Origin: the human T2T-CHM13v2.0 reference genome, Homo sapiens
NCBI GenBank assembly: GCA_009914755.4
Contig: CP086569.2
Span: 15,520,001-15,584,000 of the forward strand
Reading direction: 5' to 3'
DNA: 64,000 nucleotides
Shown: in pieces, positions 36,976 to 50,467 of the stretch
How positions within the stretch are numbered: the first letter of the stretch is position 1
Layout: each line of letters starts with the position of its first letter
Notes under the pieces: model-generated
What the model saw: the letters and a program-made list of their open reading frames with translations, nothing else
Databases searched by the model: none
What the model was told of the DNA's origin: nothing
Position numbers and translations under genes: made by a program

Positions 36976-39589
36976 AACTCACCACTCTGAGTTTTACATG
37001 TTGTAAAAATCTCCCACTGGCTCCCGTCTATTATGCCTGGTTTAGTTTGAAACAAAATCATTAGTTTTAATGTAGCAAAATTCCATCGACATATTTTTCT
37101 TTATAAGAGCTTCTCCTAAGTAGCACCTGTTAGAGAAATCCTGTTCTACCCCAACATCTAAAAAACATTTTCCTGCACATTTTTCTATAAGCATCAGAAT
37201 TTCATTGTTCATGCAGACATTTTTAATCTATGCAGAGCATATTTTTATATATGGAGTTAGGTAGGGATCTCATTTTTTTTTCCTGCAGTAAGGAAGCATT
37301 GCTTTTGACACATGAAAGAAACAAGGTATTTTTTCCCAGTATTTGTTGTGTCAGCCAGGGTCCTGATAGGAAAAGATGGAATGCAACTTGAGAAATATAA
37401 TAAAGATGGGGACAGTATATAGGGCACCGACACAGGGTAGTGGAGCCCTTATGTGAAGTTGCTGATACCCACTGAGGTTGAACTGGACCTACCTACGAGG
37501 GAGGGAACTGGATTTCATATACATAGGCCTTACTCGCCTTCTGTCCTCCAGATTACCTACTAGTATCTTCCTTGGCTGAAACCAAGGGACAGCCAGAAGG
37601 CAAGAGTGAACTCACTTATTTACCTTCCACAGTACAGAATAGTGGAGATGAGAAAGAGTAAATCTGGAAGGGGCCAGATCCCGCCCCACCCCCCACAAAA
37701 ATACAAGTTTTAAAATTAATCATATATACATCAGCCAATCCTAGGGCTTTATATTTGGCCCTGTTCATTTGCTGATCTGTTTCTGCAAGATGAAGAATGA
37801 CTCAAATATTACAAATGACATATGTTTTCCATCTTCAACATTCCCCTTGCTTTTGGTAGAATTTATTCTTTCATGTACATTATGGAATCGATGTGTCAAA
37901 GTGTGCAACATTCTTCTGTCTTTGCTGGGAATTGTATTTATTTAAAAGTTGGTTTGAGGAAAAATAAACATCTTCTAAGCTTATGTTATCTCACTTGTAA
38001 ACTGGCATAGTTTATTACTTGTTGAGATCTGATCATAGCTTTATTAAATACTTTAAGCATTATGTATTAATTAATTATTATTAGTAGTATTTTGCAATTG
38101 ATACCTTCAATTACATTTTGTACTCCTGGTATAAAATAATGTTGTTTTTTTACATTGATGAAATGTTCAACCATCCTTTTGGATTTTCTATTATTTGTAG
38201 CAGCTTTTCTGTTAAATTACATAATTTCCACAAAAATGGTGACATTATCTGCAAATAATGACCATTTTCTCTCTTTCCTTTTAATACTTGTAAATTTTAA
38301 ATCCTTTCTAACTTCTACCATTGTATGACCCATTGACATCTGGTGTGAGGATGAATGCTATTGGTACAAAATTTTATTCCCATTCATGATTTTACAGGAA
38401 ATGGGTCTAACATCTTTTTTGTAAATACAATGTCAAGGAGAGATTTTTGACATACAGTCATTTTCAAATAATATGAATTTCTTGTAATTACCATTTATTT
38501 TCTAAGTTTTTAAAATGCTTTCTTTTGATCATACATATTGATTATTGCCAAATAAGCAGTTGGCATTTCTACAGCCGCTTATACAGCTGCTTATATCATA
38601 AAAGAATTATAATTATTCTTCATAATTAGTGTGCTTTTATAATTAATAGATTTATAAGGTATCTATTCAATTTAGAAAAAACAAATTTTTCATCATAATA
38701 GGAACAAAATGGCCTCTCGTGTTATAGTGGAATATATTGTATATTCTAAAAATAGCCACTATTCTACTAAGTTTAGTTTGTAAATATTCACTTAGGATGT
38801 CTACATCTACATTCATAAGTGAATTTGATTTATAATTTTATGATGTTAAACACTCTATACTTTTGATATGAATGTTAAACTATCCATACAAAAGGATTTT
38901 GATAGCTTTATTTAATTTTATATTTTCTGCAGAAAACTTCAATACATAGGATTATTAAAAATTTTCTGAAAATTATCTTGGGTGACAAGTTTTTGTGTGG
39001 GAGATTTTTAGTTACCCTTTCAATACTACTAATAGTTTTTAGTTTAAGTTTATTTCTTCGTGTAATGTTGCTTTTTTCTTGACGATTTCAATTTAGCTTT
39101 TTAATATCAGGTTTTATACTGTTAAAATATTATTTTGTATTTTTTATATTTTGATTTACTTGGTGTTTTAAAAGTGATTTTCCTCTTTTCCTTTAAAGAC
39201 TATTTGTTTTCTTAATTTGTCTCCCTTCCTTGGTCAGTCTTGGCAGAAGTTTGTTTATATTATAAAGCTTTTCAATAAACTAGTTTTCATTTTGGTAATT
39301 ATATCAACTCTTTTTTCTCTATTTCACTAATTTCTGCTCCTATCTTGATTATATCCTATTTTCAGATTTATTTGTATTTATTCTGTTTTCTCTTCTTCCT
39401 GCCCTCTTCTTGACTTGTCTCCATGGCTTCTTTATTTCCAATTATTCTTGTTGCCTTGTAAAGGTATTTGAAGTTTTAATTGTCCCTTTAAGCACATCTT
39501 CAATCTCATCTGACAAATTTTCACATGTGACATTTGAATGATCCTTGGTTTCCAACTATTTTTGTTTATATTGTATCATAAAAGCATGT

Positions 39590-39960
39590 GCACACACCCA
39601 CACACAAACAAATACATATATGCAAACTAATGACAGAATACTAAACATATATATGTTTATATGTGTGTAAACATAGATATGTGTATATATATATATGTTT
39701 AGTGTTCTGTGTCCATAGCTTTCAAGCACACACCAAATGTTTACAAAATCTACCTTTCAAAAAGATACAGCAGCATACAGCATTGTATTCTATGACCATA
39801 ATTCAATAGAATTAGAAATCAATAGTAAAAAGCGTTCAAAATAATGATAGAACACTAAACATATATGTACATTTACATGTACATACATGTTTACGTGTGT
39901 GTGTGTGTATATATATATATCTGTGTTCTGTGTGTGTGTGAGAGTGTGTGATTTGAGGTG
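39590..39960. repeat. Low-complexity (CA)n/(TA)n/(TG)n region containing a local ~50-60-bp duplication
   Basis: aatgacagaatactaaacatatatatgtttatatgtgtgtaaacat (about 39629-39675) is repeated as aatgatagaacactaaacatatatgtacatttacatgtacatacatgtttacgtgtgtgtg (about 39843-39903). It is flanked by cacacacccacacacaaac and gtgtgtgtgtgtatatatatatat runs. Confidence 0.6.
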
Positions 39961-40029
39961 CATATATTTCCATAGATAGCCACCGGATCACACATGTCAG
40001 TTATTTCAGTCTTCTATATCTTATTTATT

Positions 40030-40189
40030 TTTGGGGTGGCAGGTGGGGGACTCTGTCTCACTCTCTCGCTGGAATGCAGTCACTCAGTCTCGGCTAACTG
40101 CAATCTCTGCCTCCTGGGTTCAAGTTATTCTCATGCCTCAGCCTTCCAAGTAGCTAGGATTACAGGTGCACACCACCATACCTGGCTAA
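40030..40189 (-). mobile_element. Older Alu (minus strand), 3' (T-tail) portion, the first half of an Alu split by a nested Alu insertion
   Basis: tttttggggtggcaggtgggggactctgtctcactctctcgctggaatgcagt...gcctcagccttccaagtagctaggattacaggtgcacaccaccatacctggctaa. The sequence continues collinearly at 40493 with cttttgtatttttagtagagacgg... Confidence 0.8.
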
Positions 40190-40193
40190 ACTT

Positions 40194-40492
<299 letters not shown>

Positions 40493-40626
40493 AACTTTTG
40501 TATTTTTAGTAGAGACGGTTTCACTGTGTTGGCCAGGCTGGCCTGAACTCCTGACCTCAAGGGATCCACCTGCCTTGTCCTCCCAAAGTGCTGGAATTAT
40601 AGGTATGAGTCACGATTTGTGGCCTG
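40493..40626 (-). mobile_element. Older Alu (minus strand), remaining left-monomer half
   Basis: aacttttgtatttttagtagagacggtttcactgtgttggccaggctggcctgaactcctgacctcaagggatccacctgccttgtcctcccaaagtgctggaattataggtatgagtcacg. Confidence 0.8.
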
Positions 40627-42508
40627 TATCTTCAATTAGATTTTGTCTTATAAGTTCATCACACCAAGAATGTTGAGTTTTATTCTCTTGTAACATTTCA
40701 TCTTATCGTTCCTTTGTCTGGTATATTTAATGCATATGGATATACTATGTTATATATATAGTATGTATGTATAAACATGTACTTACCTTTTACATGTTTT
40801 CAAGCTTATTAGGAAGTTATATGAAAGTGTCAGTTGTACCTTTTTAATCTTCCATTCCTTTTCTACTATTTATTATCTATTATTGATATTTATGATTTTG
40901 GTTTGATACTAAATTTGCTTACTATGATTTTTTCTTTACATATTTCTTACATTTAAAATTTTTAGTCTCTTCCTGTTCGTGTATCTGTTTGTTTTAAATA
41001 TATCTGTTTTCAACAATATGTTGCTAAATGTATTTTAATCACATTTTATCTGTTTATCCTAATTATATTTCTGCAGTTATCATTATTATAGATTTCATTT
41101 CTGCCACTTTGTTTTATATTTTATATGTATCAATCATGCTTTTTAAACTTTAACTTTTTTTTTTTCCTGACTTCCAGTGTATAATTTTAAAAGTTTCTCT
41201 TACTGACCTCATTATTATACTCCTTTTTTGCTGACCTCATTATTATACTCTTTTTTTATGATTTTTTTTCCTCCTTATAGTTTGGATTCATCAAATTTCC
41301 TGTTTTATGTTGCACTTATATTCTAATGAAGATACATCGATTCTTCTTATTGGCTATCAAACTTTTCAGTATCCACAATTTTCCTCAGAATAAGCTATAG
41401 ATTTAAGATTTTCTCAACTCTTTGGCATCTCTCTCTCTCAATCACCCCACACTGTGTTAGATTCTAAGGGAATTTGGGCTGTAGATCATGTTAAAATTTG
41501 ATTTTAGAATATTGTGTCTTTGGAGTAATGTCTTGTCATTACTTGTATTATACTGCTGTATTCTGGGTTTATTTCTCTCCTTCCTTGCAGAAATACGTTG
41601 TTTCAAGATTTCTAAGAATTAAATAGATTTGGATTTAAGCTATCATTTAAATAATAGTTTGGCTGGACATAAAACCTAGGCAGATCTTTTTTCCCCTGCA
41701 CTTGCTGGGGATGAGAAGCCACTGCTTTTTGTATCCTACACTGCTTTGTTGTTACCCCGATTTTCAATCCATTGCACATCACCTGCTTTTTCTCATTGGA
41801 AGAATTAGACTTACTTTGTTTATATTTGAGATACTCAAAAATCAGAATTTAGTTTTGCTTTTTTCTGTTTTAAATCAACCTGTTCCTTACTTTATGAGAA
41901 CTTTCCATTTTAAGCCTTTTTTTTTTTTTTTTTCCCTCTCATCCTGGGAACTTCTCAGCCTTTCTGCCTAATGTAGTTCTTGCTAACCTTTTTCTCTTTG
42001 TTCTCTTTCTGGGTCTTTTTTTTATAGGACTGGCAACACTTCTACTTCCATCTTCCATACTTCAGCATTTGGAGGATGTTTTTCCTCCATTTTTCATCCC
42101 GGATCCATTTTGGGAAAGTGTCTCTCTGTCTTTTGCCACCAATATGCATTGTTTGTAGGTATCTTTCCATTTCAGCCTGTTCTTTGTGCTCTCCACTTCA
42201 ACAATTTCATTTCTCCTCCCCAGTTTCTCATGTGACTTCCTTTGACACCCTTTGTTCCAACTTTATATCTCTATAATTGTCTCTCTGTCCATTGGACGGA
42301 TATTTAATCTACTTATTTTGAGTCCCATGTTGTTTGCTTGGGTCATTTGATAGTTGTTGTTATTTCATATATGATGTTACATTTGTTTAAGTGTTTTGCT
42401 TTTTGACTGGCTCTGAAGTATTTCTTGGGAGTTTTTTGTTGTCGTTGAGGACAGTAGATATCTTGGAAGATAATGAGTATCCAATGGCCAGTCAAAAGCC
42501 CACCCTCA

Positions 42509-42608
42509 GCTGGGCATGGTGGCTCATGCCTGTAATCCTGGTACTTTGGGAGGCTGAGGCGGGCAGATCACCCGAGGTCAAGAGTTTGAGGCCAGCCTGA
42601 TCAACATA
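42509..42608 (+). mobile_element. Alu left-monomer fragment, plus strand
   Basis: gctgggcatggtggctcatgcctgtaatcctggtactttgggaggctgaggcgggcagatcacccgaggtcaagagtttgaggccagcctgatcaaca. Confidence 0.8.
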
Positions 42609-42948
42609 TCATTAAATTAGAGCTTTAAGTTATATCACTGATTTCATATGCCAGGGAAAATTGTAGGATGTGGCTTACAAGGCAATCTCACAAGAAGTAT
42701 GACTTTTGTCTTATAAACAACAACCCAACCTTGGAGTTTGTTCCAGTAAATTTCATAAATATAAAATAAACTATATAAATAAAGTAACTAATATCCTACT
42801 AAGTCTTTTCCCTCACACATGCTTTTTTTGCCTAAAGCCATTTAAAGTCTCTGAGGATTTAAATCTATAATTCTGTCATGGAGTGGTAGAAACCCAGAGA
42901 ATATACAAACGTTGAAAAACTTTAAGAGTCACTGGTTTAACAGAAGTT

Positions 42949-43285
42949 GGCTGGGCTTACTGGCTCACGCTTCTAAACCCAGCACTTTGAGATGCGTAGC
43001 TGGGCAGATTACTTGAGGGCAAGAGTTTGATACCAGCCTGGCCAACATGATGAAACCTGTCTCTACTAAAAATACAAAAATTAGCTCGGTGTGGGGGTGC
43101 AGGCCTGTAGTCCTAGCTACTTTGGAGGTTGAGGCAGGAGAATTGCTTGAATCTAGGGGTCTGAGTTTGCAGTGCCCCGAGATCACAGCAATGCACTTCC
43201 AGCCTGGTGCAACAGAGTGAGACTCCATCACAAAAAAAACAAAAAACAAAATGACAACAACAACAACAAAAAAAAAAACAGTAAA
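42949..43285 (+). mobile_element. Alu, plus strand, with an A/CAA-rich tail
   Basis: ggctgggcttactggctcacgcttctaaacccagcactttgagatgcgtagctgggcagattacttgagggcaagagtttgataccagcctggccaacatgatgaaacc...cagtgccccgagatcacagcaatgcacttccagcctggtgcaacagagtgagactccatcacaaaaaaaacaaaaaacaaaatgacaacaacaacaacaaaaaaaaaaa. Confidence 0.85.
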
Positions 43286-44544
43286 ACAGAAATAGATCTA
43301 ATTTTTCAGACTAGAGTCACTCAGATATGGATGGATAAGTCCATCCACTATTTGTGTATTAAGCTTTTTTTTTTTTTTTTTGAAACAAGTGTATTCACAC
43401 TTGGATTGACTGTTAATATTCACTCCAAACTAGGACATTGCAAAGAACCCTTAGGATGTTATAATTCTAGGCATTTTTATAGTCTCAGAATTTCAGATGT
43501 ATTGCAATGTTGTAATTTTTTATAGTTTCTTGTCTTTCTGTAACACCTAGTAAGTTCAAAAACTCGAACTATAGGTTTTCTTGATAAATACCAGCGTCAC
43601 TGCTTTCTATGTTTATATTTTTCTTTTAATACATGAACTGAGTTAAAAATTAAATATACATATGTAAATTATTCTTTTGAAAAAATATTACTTATAATAG
43701 TTTTTAAAATACATGTTTATTTAATTTTAGATTTCTGCTAAATTTGTGAAGATTGTGGAAAGGATTTTCCTTATACCCCACCCTTGAATTTCCCTTCTAT
43801 AAATATCTTAAACATCATTATTATACATTTGACACTATTAATGAGCCAATATGTACAATTTTTTTTTGACTAAAGCCCACTCATTCTTCAGATTTCTTTG
43901 GTATTTTCATTCTGTCTTTTTCCTTTCCTCAAACCCCACCCCAGATCCCACATTACATTTAGCGGTCATGTCTCCTTGGGCTCCTCTTGATTGTGATGAT
44001 TTCTCCTTCTCATTTTGTCTTTCATGGCCTTAAGAGCTTAAGGAGGACTAATCAGGGGATTGGTAGACTGTCCTTTTGTTTGGGTTTGTCTGATGTTCTT
44101 CTCATGGTTATTCTGGGGCTATGGATTGTGCAGAGGAAGACCAGAGGTGAAGTGCCACTTTCCTTACTTTGTATCAAGGGCACATACTAGCACCATGACA
44201 TTGCAGTTGATACTGACCTTGATCCCATGGATGAGGTGATGTTGGCCAGATTTCCCTACTATCAAGTTACTCCTCTTGCACACACACTTTCCATATTGTA
44301 CTCTGTGAAAAGATGTCACTTTGTGCAGCCCACGCTTAAGAAATGGGGACCTGCTATTCCCCCCTGGAGGGCAGAGTATCTACAGAAATTACTTGAAATT
44401 ATTTTACATAAGAGATGTCTCTATTCTGAGCCACTCATTTACTCCCTCATTTACATATATCAGTATGGTCTTATGGATATTTATTTTATACTTCAGGTTG
44501 AAATCTAATATGATGTTGTTTATCTGCATAGATTTTGTGTTTGT

Positions 44545-44607
44545 TTTTAGTAGATATGAGGTCTCACTGCTTTGCCCAGGGTGTTCTTGAACTCCTGGCC
44601 TTAAACT
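44545..44607 (-). repeat. Isolated ~60-bp Alu-derived fragment, near-identical (58/60) to the corresponding part of the Alu at 45185-45486
   Basis: tttagtagatatgaggtctcactgctttgcccagggtgttcttgaactcctggccttaaac at 44548-44607 versus tttagtaaatatgaggtctcactactttgcccagggtgttcttgaactcctggccttaaac at 45365-45424. Both share the same non-consensus substitutions (tttgcccagggtgttcttg, ggccttaaac). Confidence 0.7.
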
Positions 44608-45159
44608 TTAAAACTTTAAAAAAGAGGGATAGCTTTTTAAAAATCCTCATTTTTACTTTAGATCCAAGTGTTAAATATGCAGATATGTTACAAGGGTATA
44701 TTGTGTAATGCTGAGGTTTGGGCTTCTGTTAGGTTATTCTGTGTCCAAATAATAAGCACAGGAAGTTTTTTAGTCCTTGTCCCCCCTCAGTAACAGCTTG
44801 TAGGAAATAATTTGAGACTGATCATTTTTAATTTTTAAGCGCTGAACATGCAGTTATTTTATCTGGAAGGTAGACTAGAAAAACAAAATTATATTTGACA
44901 TTTTAGGACATAAGTGTTTTCTCATTAATCTTGATGTACACAAAGCCAGATTATCAATGTATTTGTTCATAACTCTAGCTTGTTTCATTAAAATTATTTT
45001 CCTGCAAAGAAAACGCCTTTTTGCTACCCTGAATATTTAACAATTTTTAGAATATTTTATCTTTAAGAGCTATAAACATGTTTTAATATCCCAAGGTAAG
45101 ATATGGAGATTTTTGTAGTCTGTCCAGCCTGCTGTAGCAGAATACCTTAGACTGGGTAA

Positions 45160-45486
<327 letters not shown>

Positions 45487-46537
45487 TTAAAAACCGACAT
45501 TTATTTCACACAGTCCTAGGAAGTCCAAAGATCAAGGTGTTAGCTGATTCTTTGTCTGGCGAGGGCCCATTACCCCACATGGCACCTTCTTGGTTTGTCC
45601 TCAAATGATGGAAGGGAAAAAGCAGCTTCCTGCAATCTCTTTTATATGGACACTAATCCTATTCATGAGAGTGGACTTATCACAATGTATATTGGATTTC
45701 AGCATATGAATTTTGGGAGGTTACCACCGTTCAGACAATAGCAAGATACATTAGGTGTGGGGTGTTCTGGACTTGAGTGAATCTGTGTAAGTCCTTCACA
45801 TGTGCTTTGCTTTACTGCTTGGGGTAGCTATTTCTGCCTCAAACCACCTCAGAGGGCTTCAGATTTCAGTGACACACCTGTCACTTTTAACGCACATCCT
45901 TGAACCTCCGTCTGTGTGCAGATTAAGCAACAGGTGATTTTAAGGTTCAGGCCTAAGGTTTTTTTATTATTGCCTTTCATTTCCATTTCTAGTTCTTCCA
46001 AAATCCTTCAAAATGACACCTGAGAGGAGACACTCATAAACTTGTTAGCCAGGATTCCAAGGTACATAGAAGCTGTTTCTCCTGGGTGAATATTACAAAT
46101 GCCTCCAAGGGCAATTGAATTTCTTTCTGTCTTTCATGGATTTTTACTTATTGTCCAGATATGCTCCTCCTAGTGAGAGGGTCACTTCTGATTTTTCCTG
46201 CCTCCACAGAACAAGGGCTTCAGAGAGGAGACACTCTACAGCTCCTTTGTTATTAAATTATTAAATGCATTTCTAGTATGAAGGCAGCCTATTAGAAAAA
46301 TCCAGTCTGCTGCATATCTGTTTATAGGGTTTGAGCCCAGTCAAGTGAGGATGCACAGAATTCCACCATTCTGACAGCCCAGCCCCCTTGCAATTGGAAG
46401 GGTCTCCAAATTCCTTCCTTGCAGCTAGGGTTACTGGCTATGAGTGACAGCCTCTTGTGCATAGGGAGTGAGGGCGGAGAGGGACCAGCAGAGCCCTGGA
46501 ATGTCCTTTCCACTGGACATTGAGCATCTAGACAGCT

Positions 46538-46725
46538 CAGACTCTGGAATAGCTTGTACTATAGGTGCATGCTACCATGTATGGCTAATTTTTATTTTGA
46601 TTTTTGTAGACATAGGGTGTCAGTATTTTGCCCAGATTGGTCTCAAAAATCCTAACGTCAAGCGATCTTCCTGCCTTGGCCTTCCAAAGCACTGGGATTA
46701 CAAGTGTGAACCACTGTGCTTGGCC
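46538..46725 (-). mobile_element. Alu fragment, minus strand
   Basis: tagcttgtactataggtgcatgctaccatgtatggctaatttttattttgatttttgtagacatagggtgtcagtattttgcccagattggtctcaaaaatcctaacgtcaagcgatcttcctgccttggccttccaaagcactgggattacaagtgtgaaccactgtgcttggcc. Confidence 0.8.
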
Positions 46726-47039
46726 ATAACCTATAGTTTTTGTTAGAGATTATTAAATAAGGATGAGATTAAAATGAGGTTAGTCTCATGCTGCTTAAAA
46801 CAGTGATATGCTTAGGAGCAGCTGCAGGAACATCTGATCCAATCTTGGAGGCAGCCTGAAGGGCTTCCCAGGGAAAGCACAATTTAAGCCAAAACCTGAG
46901 AGATGAGCAGGGATTGACCAACTAATGAGCAGACCCACACACCAAATTCTGCAGTCAGTTCCTTGCATGACATGGAAAATTGATTTCTACAACTATGCAT
47001 TACTTTTCTCCCACCAATCCCCCGCCCTGCTTTATTTTT

Positions 47040-47318
47040 TATCTTTATTTCTACTGGGTCTCTGTCACTCAGGCTGTAGTGCAGTAGAGTGATCTTGGCT
47101 CACTGCAGCCTCGATCTCCTTGGCTCAAGTAATCCTTCCACCTAAGCCTCCCTAGTTAGAATAGCTGAGACTGCCTACGCACAACACCATGTCGGTCCAT
47201 TTTTTTTTTTTTTTTTCTTTTTGTAGAGATGGGATTTTGCCATGTTGGCCAGGCTGGTCTTGAAATCCTTGGCTCAAGTGATCAGCCCACCTTGGGGTTA
47301 CAGGCAGGAGACACCATT
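47040..47318 (-). mobile_element. Old Alu, minus strand
   Basis: ...ctgggtctctgtcactcaggctgtagtgcagtagagtgatcttggctcactgcagcctcgatctccttggctcaagtaatccttccacctaagcctccc... then T18, then ctttttgtagagatgggattttgccatgttggccaggctggtcttgaaatccttggctcaagtgatcagcccacc. Confidence 0.8.
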
Positions 47319-47694
47319 TTTATTTTGCATGTGTGCGGTCAGTCATTCTACAACTAATAATATTTAATAATAATTGAAAATATCCTGTAAATTCCAAAAA
47401 GGTAAGCTTAAGTTCTCTTGAAAAATGAATTTCTGTGAGAAGGCTTTGGTGGTTTGACTTGAAGCTGATAACAACATTAGTGTTGGGCATTTGGCTACAC
47501 ACCTGTCACATTCAAAATCCAATCTATTTTCAATCTTTATTTCGGTGGCAGTAAGTGCTGAAGATTTTAATCCACTATGTATTTTCCTAACCCAGATTCT
47601 ACTCAAAGCAGAGGTTTAGAGAAATCCCTTGTTTATTGCAAATATCATGCCAAGAATAAGGATGAGGAACCAGCACAGTGATGAAGGGAGAAAT

Positions 47695-48170
47695 GTAATC
47701 ACTATTTACAATAGCCAAGTTGTGGAGTCAACCTATGTATCCATCAACCATGCATTGGATAAAGAAAATGTGGTACATATACACCAAAGAATACTAGGCA
47801 GCCATAAAAAAGAATGGAATCATGTCCTTTGCAGCAACGTGCATGTGGCTGGAGGCCATTATCCTAAGTGAAATAACTGAGAAACATAAAATCAAATATC
47901 ACATGTTCTCACTTATAACTAGGAGCTAAACAATGGGTACGCGTGGTTGTAAAGATGGAAACAACCAACAATGGAGACTCAAACAGGGGAAAGGATGGGA
48001 GGGGGTGAGGTTTGAAAAATCACCTATGGGTACAGTGTTTACTCTTGTGTGATTGGTACCCTAGAAGCCCATATGTAACCAGTGTACAATATACCCGTGT
48101 AAGAAACCTGTACATGCACCCCTGAACCTAAACTAAAATTAAAAAACAAACAAAAACCACACAAAAAAAT
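47695..48170 (+). mobile_element. Old L1 (L1PB/L1MA-like) 3'-end fragment, plus strand
   Basis: ctatttacaatagccaagttgtggagtcaacctatgtatccatcaaccatgcattggataaagaaaatgtggtacatatacaccaaagaatactaggcagccataaaaaagaatggaatcatgtcctttgcagcaacgtgcatgtggctggaggccattatcctaagtgaaataactgagaaacataaaatcaaatatcacatgttctcacttataactaggagctaaacaatgggtac...gtgtaagaaacctgtacatgcacccctgaacctaaactaaaattaaaaaacaaacaaaaa. Confidence 0.9.
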
Positions 48171-48889
48171 TGTATTGGCCACAGAGGAGAGATGCCTGCT
48201 TGACCCAGTGAGGTTGTGTGAAAACCCTTATGATATATGTCCCCATACCACTTTCCCAGGTGAAAATGGAGGACCCACATTCTCCTCATCTTTCACCCTT
48301 AATAATGTACTGGTGTTGACATCTCCAGGCTACTTGGGGAGTGCTAAGTAGGTTTTAGTGTGCATCCCCTGTAAGGCATTGAAGAAAATTCAGGAAATCA
48401 AGAAAAAGTCAAGTTTCCAGGTATGAAGAGAGGCTGCACCTTCATGAAGCTGGTTGAAGTCTGGACAGAGCAGATCACCACAAGAGTGACTGGAATAAGC
48501 CATGTGGCCAAGAGGCATCCAGTGCAGCCATCAAGTGAAACAGAGCTCTTCCAGCCGTGGTAGAACTAGGGTCAAACTATGTGAAAGTGTTCAAAGATTC
48601 TTTGCATTGAATTCAAGCTCATCATTCACTTGCACTCAAATCTGTGAGACCATGTTTATATTGTAAAGAAAGGATAAAACATAAATTCATATTTCAATTT
48701 TTAGGTTATCTGAATGAATGGATTTCAAGAGTGCTTAAGTTTTTTCCTAGATGTTCACAGCTTTTCAAATCATCTTCCTCAGAACACTGAATCCTGCTAA
48801 TTGAGTGATTTTCTGATTGTCATGTACTCACACAATTGACTAAATGTCTTACTATGCTTTCTTGATAAGTAGTGTCTACATGTGAAGAA

Positions 48890-49065
48890 CCTATCTATTT
48901 AATCTATCTACCTGCCTATATATCTCTATTTCTCCATCTAGTCTATCAATCTATCTTATCTATATAATCTCTATGTATCATCTATCTGTTATCTATCTAT
49001 CTATCTATCTATGTCTATCTTCTCTCTTTCTCTCTCCTCTCTCTGAGTTGAGCAAATTACTTACA
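48890..49065. repeat. Interrupted (ATCT)n/(TATC)n tetranucleotide microsatellite with a (TC)n tail; candidate Y-STR if this is chrY
   Basis: ...atctatctacctgcctatatatctctatttctccatctagtctatcaatctatcttatctatataatctctatgtatcatctatctgttatctatctatctatctatctatgtctatcttctctctttctctctcctctctctg read directly. The longest perfect run is (TATC)6. Confidence 0.8.
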
Positions 49066-49134
49066 AGTTTTTGTCATGTAAGTGAGCAAGACTATATACA
49101 CACACATATAAGAAGGCTTGAACTACAACATTAA

Positions 49135-49352
49135 AGTGGCTGCAGATTCAGTGTCTGGTGGGGACCCACTTCGTTGTCCATAGACAGGGCCTTCTCACTG
49201 TGTCCTCACATGGTAGAAGGGGCAAAGGAGGGGGCTCTCTGGGGTCCCTTTTATAAAAGCACTCATCTCATTCATGAAGCTCCATAGTTATGATCTTATC
49301 ACCTCCAAAAGTGCTCGCCTCCTAATAGTGTCCCCTCGGGGATTAAGATTTA
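49135..49352 (-). mobile_element. ERVL-MaLR LTR fragment (MLT1/MST-like), minus orientation
   Basis: ctgcagattcagtgtctggtggggacccacttcgttgtccatagacagggccttctcactgtgtcctcacatggtagaaggggcaaaggag...ctctctggggtcccttttataaaagcactcatctcattcatgaag...atcacctccaaaagtgctcgcctcctaatagtgtcccctcggggattaagatttatatc is the reverse complement of the MaLR LTR core. Confidence 0.7.
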
Positions 49353-49369
49353 TATCTTTTGTTTTAAAT

Positions 49370-50205
49370 TTTTAATTTCTATATGAGTACATAGTAGGTG
49401 TATATATTTATGGGGTACCTGAGATATTCTGGTGCAGACATGCAATGCGTAATGATCGTATCACAGCAAATGGGGTTGTCTATCTCCTCAAGGACTTGTC
49501 TTTTTTGTTACAAAAAATCCAATTGTATTATTTCAGTTAAAATGTACAATCAGTTTACTATTGACTAAAGTCACCCTGTCATGCCAGCAAATACTAGGTC
49601 TTATTTATTCTTTCTGACTATAATTTTTGTACCCATTAACCATCCCTACTTTCCCCATCCTACTCCCACTATCGTTTCCAATGTCTGATAACCATCTTTT
49701 GATTCTCTATATTTATGAATTCAATTGTTTCAATTTTTAGCTCCCACAAATAAGTGAGAACATGGTATAACGGTCTTTCTGTGCCTCGCTTATTTCTCTT
49801 AACATAATAACCACCAGTTTTATCCATGTTGTTGTAAATGACAGGATCTAATTCTTTGCTATGGCTTAATAGTACTCTATTGTGTATGTGTAGCCCATTT
49901 TCTTTATCCATTCACCCGTTGATGGATGGTTAGGTTACATCCAAATCTTGGCTATTGTGAACAGAATTGCAACAAACATGGGGGTGCAGATATCTCTTTG
50001 ATATACTGATTTCCTTTCTTTGGGGGTTTGGATGTAAACATATGAGTTTTGAGAGGACAACATTCAGACTGTAGCTTACTGTACTATCTATCCATTCATC
50101 CACCTGTTTATCTATTCCATTTCTAAATATTGCATGGCATATTTTCTTAATTCTTTCCAATGTCTTATTGAGTTTTAATATAAGTTTACGTTTCTGATAG
50201 GCCAC
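49370..50205 (-). mobile_element. Old L1 (L1M/L1PB-like) 3'-end fragment, minus strand
   Basis: The minus ORF at 49669-49911 (MDKENGLHIHNRVLLSHSKEL...YHVLTYLWELKIET) is the L1 ORF2 C-terminus. The plus-strand text ...agctcccacaaataagtgagaacatggtataacggtctttctgtgcctcgcttatttctcttaacataataaccaccagtt...ccattcacccgttgatggatggttaggttacatccaaatcttggctattgtgaacagaattgcaacaaacatgggggtgcagatatctc is the reverse complement of the L1 3' region. Confidence 0.85.
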
Positions 50206-50227
50206 ATATGGGGGCATCCTGAAAAGT

Positions 50228-50467
<240 letters not shown>

